The notes under the pieces are model-generated. The model did no database searches and was not told where the DNA came from. It worked only from the letters and a program-made list of their open reading frames with translations. A stretch of 64,000 nucleotides of DNA from Candidatus Omnitrophota bacterium (GTDB lineage: Bacteria > Ratteibacteria > UBA8468 > B48-G9 > JAFGKM01): NCBI GenBank assembly GCA_016928555.1, contig JAFGKM010000033.1, positions 2,509 to 66,508 of the forward strand, in the 5' to 3' direction. A program made the translations under genes and the position numbers. Below are positions 48,049-57,807 of this stretch, piece by piece. The stretch's first letter is position 1, and each line of letters begins with the position of its first letter.

Positions 48049-48921
48049 TTATCTTCCTGATGAAATGAAACCGATTATTTTGTAGATTAGTTTTGCCGCA
48101 AGGAAAGAAGAGTGCGTAAATCTTTTTGACGGTGAAAGCTCCACCACGTCAAAACCCGCTATTCTTACATCGCTTCTCATAATAAAATTTTTTAAGAAAT
48201 CAATAGTTTCATGCCACTGAAAGCCTCCCGGTTCAGGCGTTCCCGTGTCGGGCATAACTGACGGGTCAAGAAAGTCAACGTCAAAGGTAATATAATACGT
48301 GCCGGAAGGCAGTGTTTTATTGAAGGCGGTGCCCCATTTTTTCCCTGCCATCCGGTATGCCCAAAAGATTTTTACCTGTTTGTTGTTTTGCAGAAACTCT
48401 TTTTCTTCACTGCAGACGCTCCTTATTCCCGCGGAGAACAGCCTGCATCCGGATTCTGCAATTCTTCTTGAAACACAGGCATGGCTGAATTTTGTCCCCT
48501 CGTATTTATCCCGCAGATCCCCGTGAGCGTCAAAACACAAAACATTTATGTCCGGATGTTTCTTCCTGCATGCATCAAAAAGCCCCAAGGATACGGTGTG
48601 TTCGCCGCCCAAACCTATAACTGTTTTGTTCTTCTTGAAGTATTCTTCCGCCGCCCTGCTTATCTTTGCCGTCATCTTCAGACCTTTGCAGTCAGGTATG
48701 ACGGCGGGCAGGGTTTTTATCCCCGCAGTGAACGGCTCGGTATCCAGTTCTTCGTCGTATAATTCAAGATATCTTGAGGCAAAAAGAATGCTTTCCGGTC
48801 CTTTTGCGGTTCCTTTCATGCAGGAGGTGGTTGCTTCAAAGGGGATAGGCAGGATTACAAAACGGGCATTATCTTCAGGCACGTCAGGCAATCCGAGAAA
48901 ATTTCGAGTAGTCCTGTTCAT
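48049..48921 (-). CDS. speB: Agmatinase
   Basis: GGEH, FDAHGD, DVDFLDP..MP.TGTPEPGG, DVVELSP; start moved to 48921. Confidence 0.9.
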   Translation of the reverse strand: MNRTTRNFLGLPDVPEDNARFVILPIPFEATTSCMKGTAKGPESILFASRYLELYDEELDTEPFTAGIKTLPAVIPDCKGLKMTAKISRAAEEYFKKNKTVIGLGGEHTVSLGLFDACRKKHPDINVLCFDAHGDLRDKYEGTKFSHACVSRRIAESGCRLFSAGIRSVCSEEKEFLQNNKQVKIFWAYRMAGKKWGTAFNKTLPSGTYYITFDVDFLDPSVMPDTGTPEPGGFQWHETIDFLKNFIMRSDVRIAGFDVVELSPSKRFTHSSFLAAKLIYKIIGFISSGR

Positions 48922-48947
48922 TTTAACAGATGAAAAGAGAATTGCTG

Positions 48948-49496
48948 TCAGAGGATAAAAACCGCCGCCGCTATAACTGATGTCCACAGGCCGTTTTTAT
49001 CGCCTATAGCCGACTGCGTAATGTTGGTTGTTTTAACTATCCGGTTGGACATTTTCCATATTTCCTTTTTTTCGTCATAAGACGAATCCGGGTCAAATTC
49101 AACGCCCAGAATGGTAGCCAGCATTGTTGCGGCAAGGTCTTCGGCGTAATCACCCGCCTTATTGTCCGTTTCGCCGAACCCTTCATGTTCTGAGAGATAC
49201 CCGTACTGGTCGCTGTTTTTCGGGATGGCAATTCCGACGGATGACGTTATCAGCCGGTGCGGCTCATTTGTCGAGTTTCTGCTGATTACGGTATAAATTA
49301 TCTGTCCAGGCTCAAGCTGTTCAAGACCTGCTTTTTTGGGGATGAGTTTGCAGTTGGGCGGGAATATGCTTGAGATGGATACGAGGTTAAACTGTGCAAT
49401 GCCCGCTTCTCTCAGTGCGCGCTCAAAGCTCGTCAATTTCTCCTTGTCCTTGCCGACGCCTTTCGTTAAGAATACTTTTCTCGGTACCAATTCCAT
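48948..49496 (-). CDS. Pyruvoyl-dependent arginine decarboxylase
   Basis: SFERAL..AGI..FNLV.ISSI.PP (Ser-Ser autocleavage site), GYLSE. Confidence 0.9.
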   Translation of the reverse strand: MELVPRKVFLTKGVGKDKEKLTSFERALREAGIAQFNLVSISSIFPPNCKLIPKKAGLEQLEPGQIIYTVISRNSTNEPHRLITSSVGIAIPKNSDQYGYLSEHEGFGETDNKAGDYAEDLAATMLATILGVEFDPDSSYDEKKEIWKMSNRIVKTTNITQSAIGDKNGLWTSVIAAAVFIL

Positions 49497-49603
49497 TTCT
49501 CTCCTTTACCCCGAACTCTTACATGCTAAGCTTTCTAAGTGAGGGGTTTAAGATTTTGCTTTTTCTACTTTCCCCCCGTGTCTTAGTGGATAGTGATTAG
49601 TTA

Positions 49604-49656
49604 TGTAGCGGTGGCATTTATGCCACTGCATCAGTGCGATGAATCGCACCGCTACA
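49604..49656. repeat. GTAG-type REP doublet
   Basis: Reverse complement matches 31514-31568 except for one base and the spacer. Confidence 0.85.
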
Positions 49657-49659
49657 AAC

Positions 49660-50688
49660 TCACTCGCCACTTGATTTTAAGCACAAAGGGTCTTCCTCCA
49701 TGAAATCCCCCGTAATGCTGTATGCAAGCGCCCTGCATCCCGTACAGTTGCTAATTTTACACTCTTTGCATTTCCCTTTCAAGAGAGATTTATTCCTAAG
49801 GGTTTTCAATGTTTCGGAATGCTCCCAGATTTCCGCCAGAGAAGTTTCTTTAAGATTCCCTATTTTTAGCGGGAATCTTCTGCAGGGGAAGACCGTTCCG
49901 TCCGGCATCACGGCTATGCCGTCAACCCCGACTATGCACGGGGCTCCGAAAAGACGAAACCTGTTTTTTTTGCCGTCCATCCTGACCATAAAGCCTCTGT
50001 ACGGCAGAAGACTTTCCATGTCGGGCTCTATACCGCATTTTTCACACAGGAGAGTTACGGTTTTTTCCCATTCCTCCCGCGAAATAACGCTTCCTCCGGA
50101 TATTTCCCTGCCTCTTCCCCAGGGTATAAAACGTTCAATTATAAGTTTGTTAAGGTTATAATTTTCCATAAACTCAAACAATGGAGTTATCTCTTCCGTA
50201 TTCTCTTTTGCAAGGGTGAACATCAGGATTTTGTCTGTTCCGGGAAGGCGTTCTTTTATCATACGGCAGGATTCCGTAAATTTTTCGTAAGTTCCTTCCC
50301 CTCTGAAGAACTCATAGCTCTTCTTTGACGCTCCTTCTGCGGAGATTTTAAGCGCTTTCAGTTTTCCGCATCTTTCAAGAAAAGCCGTATTTTTTCCGTC
50401 GAGGAAAAAACCGTTTGTTATAATTCCCAGCTCTGCAACGGCGTCTGAACCTGACGCGAGCGAAAACAGTTCCTTCCAGTTTTTGTGAAGCAACGGTTCT
50501 CCTCCGGTTATGTCAAGAACAAGTTTTTTCTTCCGGGATTTTACAAATTTCTCCATGTTGAAAAAGATTTTTTCCATTGCGGCGAAAGGAAGGTTATTTT
50601 TTGCGTTGAATACGTCCTGGTAGCAATGCCTGCATCTCAGGTTGCACAGGTCGGTGATGTGCCACTGTATATGAAAGGTGTTTTCCAT
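49660..50688 (-). CDS. Radical SAM/SPASM domain protein
   Basis: CNLRCRHC, TGGEP, SPASM C.VG...PC...C..C....C.GCRA...DPLC; start 50688 overlaps upstream stop (TAATG). Confidence 0.9.
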   Translation of the reverse strand: MENTFHIQWHITDLCNLRCRHCYQDVFNAKNNLPFAAMEKIFFNMEKFVKSRKKKLVLDITGGEPLLHKNWKELFSLASGSDAVAELGIITNGFFLDGKNTAFLERCGKLKALKISAEGASKKSYEFFRGEGTYEKFTESCRMIKERLPGTDKILMFTLAKENTEEITPLFEFMENYNLNKLIIERFIPWGRGREISGGSVISREEWEKTVTLLCEKCGIEPDMESLLPYRGFMVRMDGKKNRFRLFGAPCIVGVDGIAVMPDGTVFPCRRFPLKIGNLKETSLAEIWEHSETLKTLRNKSLLKGKCKECKISNCTGCRALAYSITGDFMEEDPLCLKSSGE

Positions 50689-51911
50689 TATAGGTGCCGG
50701 CCTGCAAAATTTATGTACTGTTCCCAATCGTATGAGGTTGCGTTATGTTTGCCGGAACGCACGTGGTAGCAGATAAAGTTTCCTACGGGATGATTGACAG
50801 GCGGCATGTCGGCAACCCCCAAACCCGGTTTTCCGAAGAGGGCATAAACCGGTTCAGCGTGTTTTGCGGAAAGGAATTCTCCTCTCGGGTCCGCCCACAA
50901 GTCCTCTTCCGCGCTTGCCGCGTATAAGGGGCGCGGCGCGATAAGGGATATCAGTTCATGCTGGTCTACCGGCAGGCTGTCTTCCCTGTCGTTATATTTT
51001 TTGTAATTTTCGCAGAACCAGTGAGGGAAATAGTTGTTTATGTGATAAAGGGTTTCTCCGAAACGGCGCCTGCTTAACGCGGCGCCCCCGCATCCGGAAT
51101 TATTGGAGATTGCGGCGGCAAAACGTTCATCCTGCGCTCCCGCCCAGAGCGCCGTTTTCCCCAGCCTTGAGTGTCCCATTACTATTACCCTGCGGGCGTC
51201 AATATCCCCGTCCTGTACAAAATAATCCATCGCGCGGCTCAATCCCCATGCCCATGCCCCGATTGCCCCCCAGTCCGCCGGTCCGAATTCGGCATTTTTA
51301 CCCTGCGGATGGAAAAATGCGCGTATTCCGTCCCGCCATCCCGCCGGATGGTCGGGTTCCAAGTCCCCGTAATAAATGGTTGCAAGTCCACAGCCGCCGT
51401 CTATGATTTTATCAACCTGCCACCGCCCGGCGTTTATTCCCCTTGTTTCTCCGGTTGCCCGGTTGTTTACTATCCCTTTTCCGTCCGGACGCATCCATCT
51501 GCAGGAGATTTTTATTCCCGCGTCGTTACAGACGGTATGGTTGCCGAAGAAGTTAAGCCCGAGAAAGACCGGCACGGGTTTTTTTGCACCGGAAGACAGG
51601 TAAATCAGTATGTCCATGGAGTATTTACCGCCTCTGTGAGAAAAATATACCGAGACTTCTTTGCGGACGGCTTTGCCTCCCAGGGCGTTTTTATCAGAAG
51701 AAGTTATTTTAAACTCCGTGTTTACAGGCAGGGAAAAGCTGTGTCCGTAGACATGTTCTCTGAAAAGTTCCAGAATTTCGGGCCTTCGTTTTGCCTTCCA
51801 TGAGAAAACATCCGCAACCCTTGTGCCGTCATTGCATAAAAGCGGGTCCGGCAGGATATACCCGGGAACTTTTTCCTCGCTGTAATTAACCTCTTTCAGT
51901 CTGTCGCCCAT
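50688..51911 (-). CDS. CE15 glucuronoyl esterase-like alpha/beta hydrolase
   Basis: WGAIGAWAWG.SR..D, GHSRLGK, SGCGGA, D.H.L..LIAPRP, WADP.GE. Confidence 0.88.
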   Translation of the reverse strand: MGDRLKEVNYSEEKVPGYILPDPLLCNDGTRVADVFSWKAKRRPEILELFREHVYGHSFSLPVNTEFKITSSDKNALGGKAVRKEVSVYFSHRGGKYSMDILIYLSSGAKKPVPVFLGLNFFGNHTVCNDAGIKISCRWMRPDGKGIVNNRATGETRGINAGRWQVDKIIDGGCGLATIYYGDLEPDHPAGWRDGIRAFFHPQGKNAEFGPADWGAIGAWAWGLSRAMDYFVQDGDIDARRVIVMGHSRLGKTALWAGAQDERFAAAISNNSGCGGAALSRRRFGETLYHINNYFPHWFCENYKKYNDREDSLPVDQHELISLIAPRPLYAASAEEDLWADPRGEFLSAKHAEPVYALFGKPGLGVADMPPVNHPVGNFICYHVRSGKHNATSYDWEQYINFAGRHL

Positions 51912-52011
51912 GTTTTTTCCTCCGGTGTCCGGAGCTCTATGTATGAAATCAAATCGGTATTGTAATAAATATACAGTCTATATTATAATAAGTCAAAAAA
52001 GGAAAAGGATT

Positions 52012-52860
52012 ATGTTTAAAAATCTGCCGTTGTGGATATTCAGTCCTGATATCGGCTTGCGTGAGAAGCTCCGGCTTGCCGTGCTCGGGGAGTTTGAAGG
52101 GATTGATATAGATATCAGAGAGGCGGTTGAACTTTCTGAAAAATACTCCCCTTCTTATGTCAAAGGCATGCTGGATTCTTTTAATTTGAAAGCAGGGGCT
52201 TGGGAACTGCCGTTTGCCCTGGATGCCGAAGAGAAAACTTATAAAGCTGGCATGGAAGAACTTGAAAAATACGGACGCATAGCCGCAGAAATCGGAGCGT
52301 CCGCGGCGATTGCAATCGCGGGAGCCGAAGTTTTAGAAAAAGACTTCAGGGAGAACTCGGGCTTTTGCCGGGAGCGGCTGAATTCAATAGCCGGGATTTT
52401 GAACGGCTTTGGATGCAGAGTCGCTATTGATTTCGTATCAGAAAAATCTTCTGCGGGCTGTCATTTCTCTCTTGAGCAGGTGTTGGAAATGTATAACTCC
52501 GTGAAATCCGGAAAAGCGGGGATAATAATTGACGCTTATTACTGGCATCTTTACGGGAGCAGTATTGAAAGATTGAAAAAAACGGCGGGTGATTCAGGGG
52601 TTTATGCAAGGCTGTGCGATACGGCTGCGGATAATGCCGCCGGCAATAAAACCGGCAGGGGAATATACCTGCCCGGGGAAACCGGCGTTATTGACCTTCC
52701 AGTTTTTTTAACCGCTCTGGCTGAGAGTGGTTATAAAGGACCTGTTTCTCCCATGATGCCGGACAGAAATATTCTGACACTTCCCTCCGAAATGGCGGTA
52801 AGACTGTTGGGAGGTTCTTTTAAGAGGGTATGGAAAGTTTTTAAAGAAAAAGAGGGTTAG
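52012..52860 (+). CDS. Sugar phosphate isomerase/epimerase-family TIM barrel, metal ligands apparently degenerate
   Basis: LPGETGVIDL..FL..L...GY.GPV; expected E/D-x-x-H/H/E ligands replaced. Confidence 0.7.
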   Translation: MFKNLPLWIFSPDIGLREKLRLAVLGEFEGIDIDIREAVELSEKYSPSYVKGMLDSFNLKAGAWELPFALDAEEKTYKAGMEELEKYGRIAAEIGASAAIAIAGAEVLEKDFRENSGFCRERLNSIAGILNGFGCRVAIDFVSEKSSAGCHFSLEQVLEMYNSVKSGKAGIIIDAYYWHLYGSSIERLKKTAGDSGVYARLCDTAADNAAGNKTGRGIYLPGETGVIDLPVFLTALAESGYKGPVSPMMPDRNILTLPSEMAVRLLGGSFKRVWKVFKEKEG

Positions 52861-53686
52861 TCCATGCCTTCTTTCCGTTCCTGCCGGTTATCTCTATCCT
52901 GATGTATATCTCGTTCCCCCGTACAGCGTACTCCGCATGTTCTATCTCCCCTTTCTCGGCGGTAAATCTCTTCCCGGATGAATTGAAAGCTATGAAATCA
53001 ATAGCTTCTGCCGGCGGGCAGGTTACTTTAATCGAGGAACCGGCAATCTCCAGATTTTTGATAATAACGCCCGTTGAGGAGTAGAAACAGCCGTTTTTTA
53101 TGGATGCCAAAATATCCTTTTTCGTGCATGAGTCCGCCTTTGCCATTATAAAACTGTGAGCTGCGTCTTTTCTTGAATGTGTATCGTCGCTGGCAAAACC
53201 CATGATTTTTCTTCCCGTCTGCAGCATCTCGTCAAAATGCACCGTGGAATAGCCTTTTCCCAGTAACCTGTTGCACACGGTATTGAAAACCTCAATGCCC
53301 AGATAACCGTTCAGTCGCAGAAGCTCGCCGGAGGTCACTCCGCTCCAGTAAGGGTGGGCGATGATTACTATTGCGTTCTGCAGGTTCATCCGGTCAATAA
53401 TCTGCTGGTCGGTAAGCCCCTCGCCGTCAAACTCCTCTTGCAATTCTATCCCGACTATGTGATTGCGGCTGTTTTTTTCCGAGCCTCTCAAGAACAGCAT
53501 GTTTTCAGGCGCCTTTGCCTCGGTGATTTTATTATGGTCTGTGATGCATAAAAAATTATAGCCGGCTTTGCCGTAAATTTCCAATACTTCTTCGGGGGTT
53601 GCTTCCCCGTCGGAATTTGTCGTGTGCGTATGCAGGTTCCCTTTATACCAGTTTCCCTTCACCTCGAATGGGTTGACAAAATTCAT
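52841..53686 (-). CDS. PHP-domain metallohydrolase (CehA/McbA-like)
   Basis: KGNLHTHT..SDG, ITDH, AHPYW, ASDDTH. Confidence 0.88.
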   Translation of the reverse strand: MNFVNPFEVKGNWYKGNLHTHTTNSDGEATPEEVLEIYGKAGYNFLCITDHNKITEAKAPENMLFLRGSEKNSRNHIVGIELQEEFDGEGLTDQQIIDRMNLQNAIVIIAHPYWSGVTSGELLRLNGYLGIEVFNTVCNRLLGKGYSTVHFDEMLQTGRKIMGFASDDTHSRKDAAHSFIMAKADSCTKKDILASIKNGCFYSSTGVIIKNLEIAGSSIKVTCPPAEAIDFIAFNSSGKRFTAEKGEIEHAEYAVRGNEIYIRIEITGRNGKKAWTNPLFL

Positions 53687-53712
53687 TATTGCCTCCGTCT
53701 TGTCGGTAAAAA

Positions 53713-55389
53713 TCAGTCTTCGTCTTTTTTGGTTGAATACAGCACTTCGGATATTGTTGTTTTGCCTTCCAGCACTTTTGTTATTCCGTCTTCGCGCAAT
53801 ACCCTCATCCCCGCTTTTTTCGCCAGTTCTTTTACCCTGTCTACTTCAGGGTTTACCATTATCCCTCTTCGGAGGTCCTCGTTTATTATCATCAGTTCAA
53901 AGATTCCTATCCGTCCGCCGAACCCCGTACCGTTGCACATATGGCATCCCTTTCCCCTGAAGAAAGCGTGTTCTGTTTTTCCATCGGGTATGCCGAGCTG
54001 TTTTATCTCTTCTTTTAAAGGGGTGTACCGCTCCCTGCAGTTGACGCAGATGCTTCTTACAAGCCGCTGGTTCAGTACGCCTATAAGCGAAGATGCAATA
54101 AGGTACGGTTCAACGCCCATGTCTATAAGTCTTATTACCGCGCCCGGGGCGGTGTTGGTATGCAGAGTGGAAAAAACCAGCTGTCCGGTCTGGGCGGCGC
54201 GGAAGCTTATTTCCGCGGTTTCCAGGTCGCGGATTTCCCCGACCATCACAACGTCCGGGTCCTGCCTTAAGATAGAACGCAATGCAACTGCAAAGGTAAG
54301 CCCCGATTTTGGATTTATCTGTGTCTGGTCCACGTTCTTCAGGTGATATTCAACGGGGTCCTCCACGGTTATGATTTTTTTATGTATGCCGTCCAGTTCA
54401 TTGAGTGAGGAGTACAGAGTCGTTGTTTTCCCGCTGCCCGTAGGTCCCGTAACCAGCAGTATGCCGTAAGGTTCTTCAAGAAGCATTCTCCATCTGTGAA
54501 GCGTCCGGGGCAGAAACCCGAGCTGTTCAAGCCCTGAAACGATATTCCTCTTGTCCAGTATCCTCATAGCCGCCATCTCTCCGAATATGGTGGGGAACGT
54601 TGAAACGCGCAGGTCTACGTCCCTTCCGGAAAGCTTGAGTTTAAAATAACCGTCCTGAGGAATCCTTTTTTCGGCTATGTCAAGCATAGAAAGAACCTTG
54701 ATGTGCGAAATAATTGCCGAATAAAGCTCCAGAGGAGGCGGGGGGAATTCATAGAGGACGCCGTTGATTCTGTATCTCAGCTTAATCCCTTCCTCTTCTA
54801 TCTCTATATGAGCGTCGGTTGCCTTCGCCTCAACGGCTTTTGCAATTATATCCTCAACCGCCGCAACTGCGGAAGAATCGCTTATTTCTTTCAGATCGGA
54901 GGGCTTGAAAATTCTGCCCGCCGCCTCCATCTTTTCAACGGGAGAAATTATCTTAAGACTGCCCTGTGCAAGGTATCTGTCAAGGCCCGTTTTTATGTCG
55001 GAGTCTTTTGAGAGGCGCGGCTCTATCTCCATTGAGGCAATTTTACCCAGTTCCGTTATCGCTTCTTCGTCCGTCGGGTCAACCATGCCGCAGATAATCT
55101 TTTTGCCGCCCCTGTATACCGGGATGGTCCGGTATTTTCTGCAGGTGAATTCGGGCAGGGAGCTGATGACATTCTTTTCAATATCTATGCCGGAAGGGTT
55201 TATGGGTACGATTTTCAGTTCTTTCAGGACGAAGTTATACCATCTGTCGGCGCTGAGCAATCCGAATTTTATCAGAAGGTAGCCGAACGGAGCGCCTGTT
55301 TTTTCTTTTTCCCCTGCAACAATATCAATCTGGTCTTTTCGGAGGCCTTCTTTCTCCATCAGCAGTTTTATCAGTTCTTCTCTTTTCAT
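53713..55389 (-). CDS. GspE/PilB-family secretion/pilus assembly ATPase
   Basis: AEKRIPQDG, GPTGSGKTTTLY, LRQDPDVVMVGEIRD, STLHTN, C..C...C..C Zn motif. Confidence 0.93.
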   Translation of the reverse strand: MKREELIKLLMEKEGLRKDQIDIVAGEKEKTGAPFGYLLIKFGLLSADRWYNFVLKELKIVPINPSGIDIEKNVISSLPEFTCRKYRTIPVYRGGKKIICGMVDPTDEEAITELGKIASMEIEPRLSKDSDIKTGLDRYLAQGSLKIISPVEKMEAAGRIFKPSDLKEISDSSAVAAVEDIIAKAVEAKATDAHIEIEEEGIKLRYRINGVLYEFPPPPLELYSAIISHIKVLSMLDIAEKRIPQDGYFKLKLSGRDVDLRVSTFPTIFGEMAAMRILDKRNIVSGLEQLGFLPRTLHRWRMLLEEPYGILLVTGPTGSGKTTTLYSSLNELDGIHKKIITVEDPVEYHLKNVDQTQINPKSGLTFAVALRSILRQDPDVVMVGEIRDLETAEISFRAAQTGQLVFSTLHTNTAPGAVIRLIDMGVEPYLIASSLIGVLNQRLVRSICVNCRERYTPLKEEIKQLGIPDGKTEHAFFRGKGCHMCNGTGFGGRIGIFELMIINEDLRRGIMVNPEVDRVKELAKKAGMRVLREDGITKVLEGKTTISEVLYSTKKDED

Positions 55390-55877
55390 AAAAACGGTTC
55401 CACACTCTTTATCAGTTCGGATTCAGACAAGGAACCCGGTGTTATCGGATGGCTTATGCCGTCTCTGTCTATGATAAATGTTGCAGGAATAAACCTTATG
55501 CCGTAAGGCCCTTCTACTTTTCCGTCGCTCATGCAGATAGTATAGTTGATTCCGTAATCCTCAATCATTTTTTTTACTTCTTCCTCCGTACTGTTGAGCG
55601 CAATTCCGATAATCTCCACCCCTTTATCTTTGTGGTTTTTATAAAACTTTACGAAATCCGGGATTTCAGTGCGGCAGGGCGGGCACCATGTAGCCCAGAA
55701 ATTCAGAATTACAACCTTTCCCCTGTAATCTGAAAGATTGACGGCCTTTCCGTTTATATCTTCAAGAGAAAAATTGCGCGTCTGCGCCGGTTCATTCTTA
55801 ACGTCGGTTTTTGTGTCGGCTTTAGTACAGGATGTAAAAGCAAGAACAAGCAATAAAAATATAATCAGTTTTCTCAT
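55386..55877 (-). CDS. TlpA-family thioredoxin-like protein, probable lipoprotein
   Basis: LAFTSC lipobox; LNFWATWCPPC; IPATFIIDR.G. Confidence 0.9.
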   Translation of the reverse strand: MRKLIIFLLLVLAFTSCTKADTKTDVKNEPAQTRNFSLEDINGKAVNLSDYRGKVVILNFWATWCPPCRTEIPDFVKFYKNHKDKGVEIIGIALNSTEEEVKKMIEDYGINYTICMSDGKVEGPYGIRFIPATFIIDRDGISHPITPGSLSESELIKSVEPFL

Positions 55878-55901
55878 TTTGATTTTCCCCTTTCCATGTT
55901 T

Positions 55902-56114
55902 TTACTGTTTTTTGTCTGCCGTCAGAATTGCGAGAGATTCCCGGATGGTCCCCAGATGGGCGATAACACAGCACTCTGCTTTGCTGTCCCACCAGGCGCA
56001 GTGTTCCGCGATGCAGACGTCAAAATCCTCTATGAATTCCGGCACCCCGAAGGTTGCTTCTCCGAGAGGCCTTTTCTGGGACTTGAGTCTTAGTGGACAT
56101 TGCACAGTCATCAC
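55902..56114 (-). CDS. Small Cys-rich hypothetical protein
   Basis: AAGGGG RBS then GTG/ATG; CP...CIAEHCAWW....CC pattern; sits between genes on the same strand. Confidence 0.5.
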   Translation of the reverse strand: MMTVQCPLRLKSQKRPLGEATFGVPEFIEDFDVCIAEHCAWWDSKAECCVIAHLGTIRESLAILTADKKQ

Positions 56115-56149
56115 CCCCTTTCCGCTTCCTCTTCGCGCATACAGGTTCA

Positions 56150-56221
56150 TTAGCTTCGTCGTCAGCTTCCTCGGCGTATTCTCACATACGCCTCGTTGCC
56201 TCCTCCTTGCTGCTTCCCTCT
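56150..56221. repeat. Structured intergenic element, related to 19052-19122
   Basis: TTAGCTTCGTCG...GCGTAT-TCTCAC-ATACGC-CTCGTTGCCTCCTCCTTGCTGC. Confidence 0.6.
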
Positions 56222-56282
56222 ATGCACGAATTGAAAACGGTTTCCGTGTTTGCACCAGGCGCATTATCTTAAAAACACGATA

Positions 56283-57638
56283 CTAAACCAAGAAGGTATC
56301 AACCGTTGCAAGAAATTCTTTTTTTATTTTTTCAAGAGAGCCGGCGTTTTCCGCTTCCATGCGCACGACAAGCGCCGGCTGTGTATTGGACGCCCTGACT
56401 AAAGCCCATCCGTCCGTGAAAAAGACTTTCACTCCGTCAATGTCTGAAATCCTGAGATTTTTGGAAGTGAAATGGCTTTTGATGTTTTCAACCGCTTCAA
56501 ACTTCTTTTCGTCCGGTAACTCAATCCTTATTTCCGGGGTGGCATGGTATTTTTTGACGCCGTACAGCAGGGCGGAAGGCTTTTTCCCCGTCCTGTCCAT
56601 TATCCGCAGTAAGCGCAGGGATGCGTAGACTGCGTCGTCAAAGCCGTAATAATCGTCCGCAAAGTAGAGATGTCCCGAAAGTTCTCCAGCAAGGGGCGCT
56701 TTTTCCGTATGCAGTTTATTCTCTATGAGAGAATGTCCCGTTTTCCACATCACCGGCACGCCTCCGGCTTTTTTAACTTCTTCTTCAAGAGACTTGCTGC
56801 ATTTTACGTCAAAGATGACGCTGGCCCCCGGCGATTTTTTCAGTATCTCTCTTGCATATATAATCAGCAGCTGGTCGCCCCATAAAATGCCGCCGTTTTC
56901 GTCAACAACCCCCAGTCGGTCTCCGTCGCCGTCATAACCCAGCCCTATGTCAAGTTTATTATCCAGAACGGTTTTTATCAAATCCTTAAGGTTTTCAGGT
57001 ACCAGCGGATCCGGAAGGTGGTTGGGAAAAGACGGGTCGCTGTCGGTATAAAGAGGGAACACATCAATGCCGAGCTTTTTGAAAAGAGGGACTATGAGGG
57101 GTCCGAGCGTACCGTTGCCTGTGTCAATCCCTACTCTGAGGGTATTTTTGAAACTGAAATTCTTAAGCATAAAGTCCGCATAATCCCCGTCCGCTTCCAT
57201 GGTGCGGATTTCTCCGTGCCCTTTTTCAAAATCATTTTTCTCGATTAAATCCGCGAGTTTCTGAATATCCTTGCCGTACAGGCTTTTATTGCCTATCACC
57301 ATCTTGACCCCGTTAAATTCGGGAGGGTTGTGGCTTGCCGTAACCATCGCTCCGGCATCAAATCCGTATTTGTGAATCGCAAAATACAGGACGGGCGTGG
57401 GGACTATTCCGACGTCGGCAACATTACAGCCGCTTTCGGAAATCCCTTTTATCATCTTATCTTTCATCTCTGGAGTTGTGAGCCTGTTATCTCCTCCGAT
57501 ACATACGCTCTTCCCTCCATCTTTCTTCACGGCGCTTCCGAAACTTTTTCCCAGATAATAAGGAAGCTCGCCTTTCAGGTCCTCTTCATATACTGCCCTT
57601 ATGTCGTATTCCCTGAATATATTCCTGTTGGGTTCCAT
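56283..57638 (-). CDS. Phosphomannomutase/phosphoglucomutase (AlgC-like)
   Basis: IFREYDIR, TASHNP, DGDGDR, GELSGH, RASNT.P. Confidence 0.93.
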   Translation of the reverse strand: MEPNRNIFREYDIRAVYEEDLKGELPYYLGKSFGSAVKKDGGKSVCIGGDNRLTTPEMKDKMIKGISESGCNVADVGIVPTPVLYFAIHKYGFDAGAMVTASHNPPEFNGVKMVIGNKSLYGKDIQKLADLIEKNDFEKGHGEIRTMEADGDYADFMLKNFSFKNTLRVGIDTGNGTLGPLIVPLFKKLGIDVFPLYTDSDPSFPNHLPDPLVPENLKDLIKTVLDNKLDIGLGYDGDGDRLGVVDENGGILWGDQLLIIYAREILKKSPGASVIFDVKCSKSLEEEVKKAGGVPVMWKTGHSLIENKLHTEKAPLAGELSGHLYFADDYYGFDDAVYASLRLLRIMDRTGKKPSALLYGVKKYHATPEIRIELPDEKKFEAVENIKSHFTSKNLRISDIDGVKVFFTDGWALVRASNTQPALVVRMEAENAGSLEKIKKEFLATVDTFLV

Positions 57639-57677
57639 TCACACCTCCGTTGTAGATTATACCTTTATCGGAAAAAC

Positions 57678-57705
57678 TTGACAAAATTTTATTGAGAGGT
57701 ATAAT
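57678..57705 (+). promoter_or_regulatory. sigma70 promoter for pseudopilin-HAMP pair
   Basis: TTGACA-N16-TATAAT. Confidence 0.55.
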
Positions 57706-57807
57706 TTTAACAAAGAAAACATGAATAACTTATTTAACAAAACTGTATTTGCAAAAAAAACGGGAATATATTAACATATTCCCGGAATTAAAAGGCAGGC
57801 AAATAAA

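Noticed and set aside
49497-49659. RiPP precursor peptide for the SPASM enzyme
   Set aside because: The gap holds a REP doublet and no credible small ORF with an RBS.
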